From a bacterium (GTDB taxonomy: Bacteria; Patescibacteriota; Gracilibacteria; Peribacterales; Peribacteraceae), in the NCBI GenBank assembly GCA_027623015.1, contig JAQBVR010000003.1:2197-66196 (forward strand): DNA of 64,000 bases. Direction: 5' to 3'. The first letter of the stretch is position 1, and every line of letters begins with the position of its first letter. A program made the position numbers and the translations under genes. Under the pieces are notes generated by a model. That model was not told the DNA's origin and did no database searches. It saw only the letters and a list, made by a program, of their open reading frames with translations. This document shows, piece by piece, positions 34,349 to 42,988 of the stretch.

Positions 34349-35305
34349 ATGCGCGTTCTATCTGCGATGCAACCATCGGGCCAGCTTCATCTGGGAAACT
34401 ACTTTGGATCTATGAAGCCCAATCTAGAGCTATCTAAAGAAGCCGATGAAAGTATCTTCTTTGTTGTAGACCTTCACGCACTCACTACCGTGCATGATCC
34501 AGATCTTCTGCGCACATCAAGGCAAGAGGCAATGCATGATTATATTGCATCGGGGTTTGATCCTGAGAAGACTATCATGTTCTTTCAGTCATATGTTCCA
34601 GAGCATACGGAGCTGATGTGGATTCTTTCCACGCTAGCGCCAGTGGGCATGATGGAACGGGCTGTAAGTTATAAGGACAAGGTAGACCGTGGACTAGATG
34701 CAACTCTAGGACTGTTTGCGTACCCTGCATTGATGGCGGCGGACATCCTTCTCTATGAAGTTGATGTTGTTCCCGTAGGAAAAGACCAAAAGCAGCATGT
34801 GGAGATGACGAGAGACCTTGCGACGAAGTTCAACAATGCTTTTGGTGAGACGTTTACTCTTCCTGAACCGCTTATTCGAGAAGAGGTGGCTGTTGTCCCA
34901 GGGACAGATGGCCAAAAGATGAGCAAGAGCTATGGAAATACAATCCCACTCTTTGGAGATGAAAAAGGAATTAAAAAAGCTATTATGAGCATCGAAACTG
35001 ATAGTAAGGGCGCTAGCGACCCTAAAGACCCAGAAACTTGCTCTGTGTATCAGATTCACAAGCTTTTGCTTTCAGAAAGCGACGCAAAGGCTCTTGCAGA
35101 CGAATATCGCAATGGAATGTCTTATGGAGATGCTAAAATACAACTATTTGAGGCCTATATGGATTATTTTGGAGCAATGCGTGAGCGCAGGGCTTCTATT
35201 AGCGAAAAAGAGGTGATTTCTGTTATGGAAGAGGGCGCAATAAAGGCTTCTGCTATAGCAAAAGCCACTATGGAACGTGTCCGAACGGCTACGGGATTGC
35301 GATAA
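34349..35305 (+). CDS. trpS: Tryptophan--tRNA ligase
   Basis: QPSGQLHLGNY, KMSKS. TACAAT lies 6 nt upstream of the ATG. Confidence 0.95.
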   Translation: MRVLSAMQPSGQLHLGNYFGSMKPNLELSKEADESIFFVVDLHALTTVHDPDLLRTSRQEAMHDYIASGFDPEKTIMFFQSYVPEHTELMWILSTLAPVGMMERAVSYKDKVDRGLDATLGLFAYPALMAADILLYEVDVVPVGKDQKQHVEMTRDLATKFNNAFGETFTLPEPLIREEVAVVPGTDGQKMSKSYGNTIPLFGDEKGIKKAIMSIETDSKGASDPKDPETCSVYQIHKLLLSESDAKALADEYRNGMSYGDAKIQLFEAYMDYFGAMRERRASISEKEVISVMEEGAIKASAIAKATMERVRTATGLR

Positions 35306-35350
35306 GAGGTAAAGTTTGCTATACTGTATAGAAAACTTCTCACTTTTCTT

Positions 35351-36121
35351 ATGAACAGAAACAGACATCCACATTTTAATGTCCTCACTGCACTCCTTGT
35401 AGGTATCGCATTGGTACCTGTCGCAACGCAGTCTTTCATCGATGGACCTGACCATAAGCTCGCAGAGCTTGTGTCGCTCTTCCGTTCTACGGATGACGAT
35501 GGAAGGTACTTTGAGTCCGCTCCAGATATCCGTGCATATGCAAATGCAAATCGAGATGCATTCCGTACACAGCGCCGAGCATACACTCGTGCAGTCGATA
35601 GGTGTCGTGATCGTCTACGTGATGGCGAGGAAATAGAATGTCCAGATTTCAATAACCTTGATACATATATCGAGAAGCAGAATGCGAAAGCAGCTGCACC
35701 TCAAGAAAAGATACAAGATACAAAGATACCCTCCGACGCCAAGGCTATGGACGGCACGCAAGATGCAAATGAAGAAGAGGTGGTCGAATTCGAAGAGGAG
35801 GAGGTGAACACCGACATTATTGAACTTTCGACGATAGAGCGTAAGATGCTTCGTAGTTATGTTCGTGCAGGATTCTGTAGTGAGAGGGCTGGATCATTGA
35901 TCTTCCGACTATGTCAGTCTCTTGTCGACGATAGTGCGGCAACTCCTATGGGATACATCAACGACAACGTGAAGCTTCATAGTTTGCACTCTGGCCCTCC
36001 TACGACATTGAAACTTCGTCTGCAGATGGTCGACGAAGCTATCTCTGGTATCCATGGAAAGCGCTCAGATGGCACGAGGCCAATGAGGCCAAATAGTAGA
36101 AGGGTAACTGGAGACGAGTAG
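35351..36121 (+). CDS. Hypothetical secreted protein
   Basis: Signal-like HFNVLTALLVGIALVPVATQSF and an acidic middle region. Confidence 0.6.
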   Translation: MNRNRHPHFNVLTALLVGIALVPVATQSFIDGPDHKLAELVSLFRSTDDDGRYFESAPDIRAYANANRDAFRTQRRAYTRAVDRCRDRLRDGEEIECPDFNNLDTYIEKQNAKAAAPQEKIQDTKIPSDAKAMDGTQDANEEEVVEFEEEEVNTDIIELSTIERKMLRSYVRAGFCSERAGSLIFRLCQSLVDDSAATPMGYINDNVKLHSLHSGPPTTLKLRLQMVDEAISGIHGKRSDGTRPMRPNSRRVTGDE

Positions 36122-36215
36122 CCTTTCTATAGGTTTAAAATCTAAACGGTGTTTAGCAATAGGGTCTTTGACCCTTTTTTTAGATTTATGCGTGTCAAAA
36201 CGTTAGCATAGGATC

Positions 36216-36785
36216 ATGGAATTCTTCCTCGCATCCGCTAGTCCACAACGCCGAGAGCTCCTTGAGGGTATTGGCATCGACTTCACTGTGGAGCCATCGA
36301 CTATCGATGAAGCGATGTGCACCGCAAGTGACCCTGTGCAACGTGCAATTGCACTTGCGAAGTTGAAGGCTGAAGATGTGCATTCACGTCACCCAGATGT
36401 ATGGGTTCTTGGAAGCGATACTCTTGTTGTATCTAACAGTGGTGAACTTTTGGAAAAACCTACAGATGCTTCTGATGCAGAGCGGATGTTGCGAGCTCAT
36501 TCAGGCAATACGTCTCAGGTACATTCTTCTATTTGTTTACTGGGCCCAGAGGAGCAGGTGTTGGAAGACATCTCTTCATCGTCTGTGACGTTCAAAGAGT
36601 TATCGGATGAAGACATCGCATGGTGGATCTCTACGAACCAGTGGCAAGACCGCAGTGGGGGATTTCAGATAGATGGACTAGGGCAGATGATGATCGAGAA
36701 CCTTGAAGGGGACTGGACGGGGGTGGTGGGGCTTCCGGTGTTTGCCTTAGGAGGTTTGCTGAAGAAGGCGGGGCTACGTAACTAG
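36216..36785 (+). CDS. maf: Maf-like nucleoside triphosphate pyrophosphatase
   Basis: LASASPQRRELL, VLGSDTLV, GGFQIDG. Confidence 0.9.
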   Translation: MEFFLASASPQRRELLEGIGIDFTVEPSTIDEAMCTASDPVQRAIALAKLKAEDVHSRHPDVWVLGSDTLVVSNSGELLEKPTDASDAERMLRAHSGNTSQVHSSICLLGPEEQVLEDISSSSVTFKELSDEDIAWWISTNQWQDRSGGFQIDGLGQMMIENLEGDWTGVVGLPVFALGGLLKKAGLRN

Positions 36786-36821
36786 ATTAAGACTGTCACT
36801 CTAAACCTAAATGTAAAGCTG

Positions 36822-37022
36822 TGCTGCGAAGCTAATCCTCTTTGCCAGCCGCCCTTGTTTGAACGAGGGCAAAACTTCGATGACTCATCCAGTCACTGAG
36901 TGCCAAGTGACCGCAGTCATCTTGGTCGAAGTGCGAACAGTAATGGCAATCAACTATGGCCCGAGTGAGGCTCGGCTGGCAGGTGTTTTGGCTTCACCTT
37001 TTTCGCGGAAAAAGGTGGAATG
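36822..37022 (-). repeat. Dispersed ~200-230-nt intergenic repeat, copy 4 (reverse orientation)
   Basis: CTAATCCTCTTTGCCAGCCGCCCTTGTTTGAACGAGGG ... GGAAAAAGGTGGAATG. Its reverse complement aligns with copies 1-3. Confidence 0.65.
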
Positions 37023-37033
37023 TATTTTCTTTG

Positions 37034-37849
37034 CTACACAAGCTTCTTCTCGAATACAAAATCACACAATTCATCAAATATAGGTGGAGTTGATGCGACA
37101 ACGAGGAGTCCTCCACTAGGGTTTCCTGGCTCTTCCCATTCGTAGCGGTACTTTCCACCTGCTTCTTCCATCATCAAGCAACCTGGGGCTATGTCCCAGA
37201 GTCGAATACCACGGAAGAATGCACCATCGTTCCAGCCGAGGAGCATCTCACCCATCTCTTGCGCTGCACAGCCGTAGTTCTCTATAGAGCTTGCATAGGG
37301 CATGGAGGCATACCAAGCACCGTTCTCGTGCTCTACAGCACGACGCATGATGTTACAGGAGAGGACAGAGTCATTCATACTGACCGTCTTGCGAAGCTTT
37401 ACAGGCTTGTCGTTGATCGTTGCTCCACCACCTTTCACTCCTGTGAAGTGGTAGTTCATAAGAGGCATGATCATAACACCAGCTTGTAAGACACCATCTT
37501 GTTGGACTGCTACGCAGGTGCCGAAGTTTGGCTTGCCGTGGATGAAGTTGTTTGTACCGTCTAGAGGATCGATGATCCATTCATATGAGCTGTCGCTCGA
37601 ACCCAAGCTGTCTGCCCCTGTTTCCTCTGCGATGAATCGGTGGTCGGGGTAGGCGTTCTGGATGATCGCAATCATATCCTCCTGACACTTGGCATCTGTC
37701 TCTGTAACGAAGTCTGTCTCTGAAGACTTGGTTTGAATGCTCAGATCACCACCATTGGTAAAGACGTCATGATACTTTTCTACTTGTATTTCCGCAGCTC
37801 TTTTTGCCGCTGCTTCTGCGATGATGAGGAGATTGTGTGGGGTGGGCAT
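37034..37849 (-). CDS. Inositol monophosphatase family protein (SuhB-like)
   Basis: FIAEETG, WIIDPLDGTNNF, WDIAPG. Start taken at the internal ATG MPTPHNLL. Confidence 0.85.
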   Translation of the reverse strand: MPTPHNLLIIAEAAAKRAAEIQVEKYHDVFTNGGDLSIQTKSSETDFVTETDAKCQEDMIAIIQNAYPDHRFIAEETGADSLGSSDSSYEWIIDPLDGTNNFIHGKPNFGTCVAVQQDGVLQAGVMIMPLMNYHFTGVKGGGATINDKPVKLRKTVSMNDSVLSCNIMRRAVEHENGAWYASMPYASSIENYGCAAQEMGEMLLGWNDGAFFRGIRLWDIAPGCLMMEEAGGKYRYEWEEPGNPSGGLLVVASTPPIFDELCDFVFEKKLV

Positions 37850-37912
37850 TGATTGTAGAGTACAGGGCTTGGTGTTGGTTTGCATTGAATTGAAAAAGAA
37901 ATACATACCGTT

Positions 37913-38023
37913 TAGAAATAAGGGGAATAAGAGAAATAAAAGAATTTGGAAATATTGATATTACAAAAGTCATTGAAATCTCATGCAGAGAATTCCCTTA
38001 TTACACTTATTTCTCTTATTTCT
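37913..38023. repeat. Long purine-arm/pyrimidine-arm hairpin, second copy of the 12173 element
   Basis: AGAAATAAGGGGAATAAGAGAAATAAAAGAATTTGGAAAT ... TTCCCTTATTACACTTATTTCTCTTATTTCTT. Confidence 0.8.
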
Positions 38024-38057
38024 TGTACATTGAAGAATGACGGCTACCACTCCGTTT

Positions 38058-38759
38058 TTAAAGGTTCGGCAATTGGTATTCAAGAAGATTTTCTACAGCT
38101 GTTCTGTAGCTTGGTAATTGCCTCTCGACGATCTTCCAGTACGCTGCAGAGTGGTCTCCACGTTTGCGGTGTGCGAGCTCATGGACGATGACATAGTGCA
38201 GTAGGTAGTGAGGCACGAAGAGGAGTGCAGTGTTGATCATGATGGTTCCTCGTGGTGAGCAGCTACCCCATTGTGATGTTGCAAATGCAAAGCGAATCCT
38301 TGGGACATGCACACGATAGGTTTGGCGATTGATCTTATCGATGAGCATCGTGATCCGCGCATTTTCGCTTTGAGAAAGAAGTTTCCAGAGGAAGCGATGT
38401 AGAGATTCTCGCCGAGTCTTTGGCCCTACTGTAACAAGCCAACCTTTCCCCGTTTTCTCTGCTTTAAGCTTGTCTCCTGGCTGTAGGTTGAAGAGGTAAC
38501 TTTTTCCCGTTGCGAGAGTCACAAGCTCTTGTTGAGCACCATTCAGAAGTCTTGCGAAGGGATTGATGGTGATCTTGGCGTGGACCTCTTCGAGAAGTTG
38601 TTCAGTCATACGACTAAGAAGATCTTCGACGTGTTCTTGCTCCTCTGTTTTACTGAGATCTTTGGCTAGGCGAATCACGATAGTGTTGTTTGTATAGACG
38701 GCTCGTGAATGCTTGTTTGTTGTGTGCTCGACCCGGTGAGGAAAGTTGTCTGGAGTCAT
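38058..38759 (-). CDS. YgjP-like (DUF45/M48-related) metallopeptidase
   Basis: QWGSCSPRGTIMIN, YVIVHELAHRKRGDHSAAYW (HExxH). Confidence 0.8.
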   Translation of the reverse strand: MTPDNFPHRVEHTTNKHSRAVYTNNTIVIRLAKDLSKTEEQEHVEDLLSRMTEQLLEEVHAKITINPFARLLNGAQQELVTLATGKSYLFNLQPGDKLKAEKTGKGWLVTVGPKTRRESLHRFLWKLLSQSENARITMLIDKINRQTYRVHVPRIRFAFATSQWGSCSPRGTIMINTALLFVPHYLLHYVIVHELAHRKRGDHSAAYWKIVERQLPSYRTAVENLLEYQLPNL

Positions 38760-38891
38760 GTAGGCTGACGATCATACATCACTATGCAAGTCCTGTGGAC
38801 CCTGGTGCGAATGCATGTGTAAAGCGCCTTAAATAGCTATATATCGCGCTATAGTGCCAATCTATTCCACATCATAAATACATGTTTTGCG

Positions 38892-39716
38892 TTAGAACTC
38901 TTCGTCGGTCAAGACCTCTTTTTCAGAGGTATGAATTTTATGCGCCTCTCGAAGGATTGGTGAGCAGGTCTGAAGGTGTAGAAGGGTTTGACTAAACATG
39001 AAGTTGGATTCTTGGTATTCTTCTGTATCAATAACTTGACGAAGAAGTGCCTCTCCTTGCTCAAAGCAGAGCGATGCAGTGGAGACCTGAGCAAAGGTGT
39101 GGTCACTAATGGGGGTCGTCTGAACGAGAGACAGCATGCGGAACATGAGATGAGCTATCCAGGTTTGCATCCTATCTGCACGCATGTAGAGCCGTCCAAG
39201 GGCAGCAGGAACTCTGTAGAGGTCCCGTAGGTTTGCTTTGGCCTCTTCTGCCTCTTCTACGGAGCCGTAGACACCGCTTTCAAGACCGAAGATCACGGCA
39301 TCGATGGCAGTAAGAAGCTCACGTTGCTTTGTGATATTTGGCGCTCGGACAGTTTCAGTTATACCAGGGATAGTCTCGAAGTATTCCATCTGCCTTTGGA
39401 TGAACTCTCTCTGTAATACGAGCTGAGCTCGGTAGCAGCGCATTGTCGTCGAAAGTCTTGTATCTCTATTTGCCCTGCGCAAAGCGAGTCTGCACTCACC
39501 TCTGTGCTCCGCAAGGAGTATTTCGTGGTCTTTAGACAGATCTGCAAAAAGCCGCATACCTTGGCGAGTGTGTAGTGCTGCTGCTCGAAATCCTTCCGCA
39601 CGCTCCACTCGTTCTTCCCACAGGATATCCTGTTCCTCTGCTGCAGTATGTAGCTCGGCTTCCTGCGCATAGGCAGGGGTGGTAAATAGTCCAATGACAA
39701 TAATTAAGTTGATCAT
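38892..39716 (-). CDS. Hypothetical secreted alpha-helical protein
   Basis: MINLIIVIGLFTTPAYAQEA signal peptide. TACACT lies 8 nt upstream of the ATG; the track GTG start is at 39734. Confidence 0.6.
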   Translation of the reverse strand: MINLIIVIGLFTTPAYAQEAELHTAAEEQDILWEERVERAEGFRAAALHTRQGMRLFADLSKDHEILLAEHRGECRLALRRANRDTRLSTTMRCYRAQLVLQREFIQRQMEYFETIPGITETVRAPNITKQRELLTAIDAVIFGLESGVYGSVEEAEEAKANLRDLYRVPAALGRLYMRADRMQTWIAHLMFRMLSLVQTTPISDHTFAQVSTASLCFEQGEALLRQVIDTEEYQESNFMFSQTLLHLQTCSPILREAHKIHTSEKEVLTDEEF

Positions 39717-39787
39717 TGGAGGATAGTGTAACACGACTGATGAAAAGACCTAGAAGACCTAGAAGATTTGGAATAGTCCATTTTCCT

Positions 39788-40717
39788 TTAGACAGTTTTA
39801 GTCTTCAGTACATGCCCCTTGATCGTTTCTATGACGGTCTCCAGATCTTCGTTGACGAGGAAATGGTCAAAGAGCTCTGAGCGATTTGTGAAGAAGTCGA
39901 GGTCTTCTTCGGCATTGCGCATGCGGTCTGCGATGCTTTGTTCGTTGTCTCTACCACGAGTACGGAGTCTGCTGAGAAGCTGCGAGAGCATGGCGCGCTT
40001 ACTCTTGCCTGGAGGCAGGAGTCCACAAGAGAGTATGGACCGTCTGCTATAGTGGTTGCTGAGTTCTTGGAGGAGGTTTTGTTCGGTGATGACGACGGGG
40101 ATACTTTCATTTTTCCAGATCGCTTCTAGGTCTGTAGCGCGGTAGCCATACCATCTCTTCTCGTCTTTCGATGGAATCTGTGTTGCTGCGATGATCTCTT
40201 CGTCTTTGCGCATCTTTATGAAGGCTTCTTCTGTGACATAGGTGTACTCACCATCATCTCCGTCCTTTGGTTCTCTTGTTGTGACGATAGGACTAGCGGT
40301 TACGTAGTCGCTAAACATGGTCACCAGCGAACGGCTAATGGTAGATTTTCCGACACCAGATGGTCCTGTAAGAGCGAGGATGTAGCCTGGGAATTCTTTG
40401 AGAGTTTCCTGCTCTACGGGCTTTCCTACTAGGACTTCGTAGCCGACATCATATATGCGTAGCCCCTGAGCGGTTGTGCGAGTAAGACGCATACGAGGGC
40501 AGACCTGTAGGCCGATTTGTAGGTCTTGAGATGTACTGTGGATGAGTTGACCCATGGCTCGTGTGCCGTCTTCGAGTTCTAGTAGCCCTATAGTAAGAGG
40601 AGCTGAGCCGAAACCTTCTGCTGGGTGAGCGACAGTGGTGAACGATACGATGTTGCCTTTTTGCATCTTGCGATGTACTTCTTTCTGGTACCGAGAGGTG
40701 AAGGCTGGGCTTGTCAT
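39788..40717 (-). CDS. Fusion protein: DUF35-type OB-fold (thiolase/HMGCS scaffold-like) plus guanylate-kinase-like P-loop kinase domain
   Basis: The N-terminal region GNIVSFTTVAHPAEGFGSAPLTIGLLELEDGTRAMGQL...IGLQVCPRM looks OB-like. The C-terminal part has LTGPSGVGKST, VTTREPKDGDDGEYTYVTEEAF, WYGY, LPPGKSK...RLRTRGRDNEQSIADRMRNA and FLVNEDLE. The ATG overlaps the thiolase TGA (ATGA). Confidence 0.75.
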   Translation of the reverse strand: MTSPAFTSRYQKEVHRKMQKGNIVSFTTVAHPAEGFGSAPLTIGLLELEDGTRAMGQLIHSTSQDLQIGLQVCPRMRLTRTTAQGLRIYDVGYEVLVGKPVEQETLKEFPGYILALTGPSGVGKSTISRSLVTMFSDYVTASPIVTTREPKDGDDGEYTYVTEEAFIKMRKDEEIIAATQIPSKDEKRWYGYRATDLEAIWKNESIPVVITEQNLLQELSNHYSRRSILSCGLLPPGKSKRAMLSQLLSRLRTRGRDNEQSIADRMRNAEEDLDFFTNRSELFDHFLVNEDLETVIETIKGHVLKTKTV

Positions 40718-41826
40718 ACTGCAGTGTGTTCGAGGATGTGAATACCGCATGTGGCACAGGCTCCACCAAAGTTATGTGCAAGGCCATAGCGTTTTCCTGA
40801 TGCTTTGAGCTGTTTTCCTATATCTATAATCTGCTTCACACCTGTGGCAGCAACAGGATGGCCGCACGCTTTGAGTCCTCCACTCGCATTGATCGTCTGC
40901 TTTCCAGGATTTTCATAGAGCTTTACGCCAGTTCCTGGTGCTGCGTAGCCGAGGTCTTCGAGGTTGATGATCGCAGCGATAGAAAAGCAGTCGTGGATCT
41001 CGAGATGAGCTATGTCGTTTCGGTGGATTGCAGCTTCTGCAAATGCTTTGGCCGCTGCTTGTTTGGTTGCTTTAAATCCTGTGATCGACTCTCGTTGAGT
41101 GATACTGACAGTATCTGATGCTATTTGCGATGCTGCGATTTTTAGTGAGCTTTGGTGCTTTGTCGACAAAATACATGCAGCAGCACCATCGCTGATGGGA
41201 GAGCAGTCGAGCATACAGAGTGGCTCTGCTACTGTAGTGCTCGAAGTCACTGCCTCAGGACTCACTTCCATACGAAACTGTGCGAAGGGATTTGCCATGG
41301 CATTGCTGTGGTGTTTCGCACTAACTGCACTTAGACGCTCTCGACTGAGACTGTGTTCGTACATGTATCGGTTGGCTATAAGACCAAAGATACCTGGGAA
41401 TGTGATACCACTTGGGCTGTCGAGTTCACTGTCTGCCGCACCCATGAGACCAGAGGCGATAGCTCCAGTATCTGCATCGGTCATTTTCTCTACTCCTACG
41501 ACAAGCACGGTCTCTACTTTGCCACTTTCTAGCATACCACAGGCTGTATGCAGTGCCATGGCACCAGATGCACAGGCAGACTCTACGCGCAGTGCAGGTG
41601 GCTGGTGTGGCAAAAGGCTCGATGCCATAGCACCAAGGTGTGCTTGGTCACTTGTACGCTCAGCAAGCATGTTTGCAACGATAACAAGATCGATATCGAG
41701 TACGCTAATACCTGCATCTTTGATGGCAGAATCGATAGCGCTATCCATCAGTTCTCTTAAGCCCATATCCCAGTGTTCCCCGAAGGGAGTTTGGCCAGTT
41801 CCTGTGATGTAGATGTCAGTATTCAT
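40714..41826 (-). CDS. Acetyl-CoA acetyltransferase (archaeal-type thiolase)
   Basis: VESACASGAMAL (catalytic Cys), HDCFS, GHPVAATG, NFGGACATCGIHILE. Confidence 0.85.
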   Translation of the reverse strand: MNTDIYITGTGQTPFGEHWDMGLRELMDSAIDSAIKDAGISVLDIDLVIVANMLAERTSDQAHLGAMASSLLPHQPPALRVESACASGAMALHTACGMLESGKVETVLVVGVEKMTDADTGAIASGLMGAADSELDSPSGITFPGIFGLIANRYMYEHSLSRERLSAVSAKHHSNAMANPFAQFRMEVSPEAVTSSTTVAEPLCMLDCSPISDGAAACILSTKHQSSLKIAASQIASDTVSITQRESITGFKATKQAAAKAFAEAAIHRNDIAHLEIHDCFSIAAIINLEDLGYAAPGTGVKLYENPGKQTINASGGLKACGHPVAATGVKQIIDIGKQLKASGKRYGLAHNFGGACATCGIHILEHTAV

Positions 41827-41836
41827 GGGGTGGACG

Positions 41837-42865
41837 TTACTGGTTACTGGTTATGCGTTCGCGGTAGTGGGCGTAGCTGAGGTATTCGGTTTCACGATTG
41901 TCGGAGGGCAGTGTAATGCCATCGCGGAGCATTGTCATGAGGAAGGCGTCTGAGCCAGCACCAGAACCATAGGAGATCATAAGGATGCTCTCATTCTTTT
42001 TCGCTTTCTGTAGAGCATGTACGAGTCCGATCATCGAGCACGCACTGTACGTATTGCCAATAGTTGGAACGATGAACCCTTCCTGCATTTGCTCTTTCGT
42101 AAATCCAAACTCTTTTGCCATCTTGCTTGGGAACTTTGCATTTGGCATGTGGAGAATGACGTGATGAATACTCGAGAGGTCACATCCAGAGACTTCTGTG
42201 ATTCCTTTGATTGCTTCACGAACATGATGGAAATAGGCAGGCTCTCCTGTAAACCTTCCTGCATGCTGTGGGTACCTATCGTGCGCACCTCTCCAGAAGT
42301 CTGGTGTGTCTGTAGTAAACGAAAGGGTTTTATCGATGCTACAGAGTGCGTTCTTTTCGGTACTTGGCCCTATCACGACTGCAGCAGCTCCAGCAGCAGC
42401 TGTGTACTCAAGCGCATCTCCAGGTGCTGCCTGCGCAGTGTCGGAGCCTATCGCAAGTCCGTAACGGATCTGCTTGGACCTCACAAAGCTATCGACGATT
42501 TGCATCCCCGCTGTACCTGCTTTGCAGGCAAACTCTAAGTCTGCACAATGGCAGTATGGGTCGACTTTGAGGGCTGCAGCTACCATGCCACTTGTGGGTT
42601 TGACTGCGTAAGGATGGCTTTCAGAACCAACAAATACAGCCGAGATCTGTGAAGACTTGATGTTTGCCGTATCGATAGCCTGCTTTCCTGCTTCATACGC
42701 CATGGTAAATGTATCCTCTCCATCTCCAGGAACCGTCTTTTCATTTACACCAAGGCCCTTTTCTACGGATACAGGGTCTTTTTTCCAGTGACCCGCTATA
42801 GTAGCCGTTTTGATGCGGTGAGATGGGAGGTACATGCCGAAGCTGATAATGGCAGAATTGTTCAC
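41837..42865 (-). CDS. Hydroxymethylglutaryl-CoA synthase (archaeal type)
   Basis: GSESHPYAVKP, EFACKAGTAGM (catalytic Cys), HMPNAKFP, GNTYSAC. GTG start chosen; the track start 42916 lies inside the repeat hairpin. Confidence 0.8.
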   Translation of the reverse strand: MNNSAIISFGMYLPSHRIKTATIAGHWKKDPVSVEKGLGVNEKTVPGDGEDTFTMAYEAGKQAIDTANIKSSQISAVFVGSESHPYAVKPTSGMVAAALKVDPYCHCADLEFACKAGTAGMQIVDSFVRSKQIRYGLAIGSDTAQAAPGDALEYTAAAGAAAVVIGPSTEKNALCSIDKTLSFTTDTPDFWRGAHDRYPQHAGRFTGEPAYFHHVREAIKGITEVSGCDLSSIHHVILHMPNAKFPSKMAKEFGFTKEQMQEGFIVPTIGNTYSACSMIGLVHALQKAKKNESILMISYGSGAGSDAFLMTMLRDGITLPSDNRETEYLSYAHYRERITSNQ

Positions 42866-42884
42866 TGTAATGATACTACTGGTT

Positions 42885-42971
42885 GAAGATGCAAGATGGC
42901 AAGATACAAGATGCAAAATATTTGCCTAAAAACCTCTTTGGACCTTGATATCTTGTATCTTGTATCTTTTT
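42885..42971. repeat. CAAGAT(A/G) heptamer hairpin between HMGR and HMGCS
   Basis: GAAGATG CAAGATG GCAAGATA CAAGATG ... GATATCTT GTATCTT GTATCTT. Confidence 0.8.
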
Positions 42972-42988
42972 CAAATGATAGATTACAT

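Noticed and set aside
35164-35652. 162-aa minus-strand ORF spanning the trpS 3' end and the start of ORF 35351.
   Set aside because: It overlaps two better-supported + strand genes and has an Arg/Ser-rich composition typical of antisense frames.
36859-37083. ORFs called inside long spacers (36859..37083, 51812..52027, 30303..30521, 11273..11491, 27510..27872, 22377..22559).
   Set aside because: Each lies on a copy of the dispersed repeats or palindromic elements. Their peptide similarity reflects nucleotide repeats, not protein families.
37850-37857. Leaderless promoter for the IMPase gene (TACAAT only 2 nt from ATG 37849). TACAAT also abuts the HMGR ATG at 44134.
   Set aside because: The spacing is too short for transcription to start at or before the ATG, so these were not counted as leaderless examples.
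39788-40717. That the guanylate-kinase-like domain is an ordinary separate gmk gene merged with DUF35 by a missed stop or frameshift.
   Set aside because: The frame is continuous with no stop between the OB-fold and P-loop parts, and there is no internal start context. I kept it as a fusion but flagged the need for read-level verification.
41099-41812. 237-aa + strand ORF antisense to the thiolase gene. Similar antisense ORFs occur across gyrA, pgi, pckA, pdxS and the HMGR/HMGCS genes.
   Set aside because: The opposite strand carries strongly motif-supported genes. The antisense products are low-complexity (S/A/R/C-rich) and have no start context.
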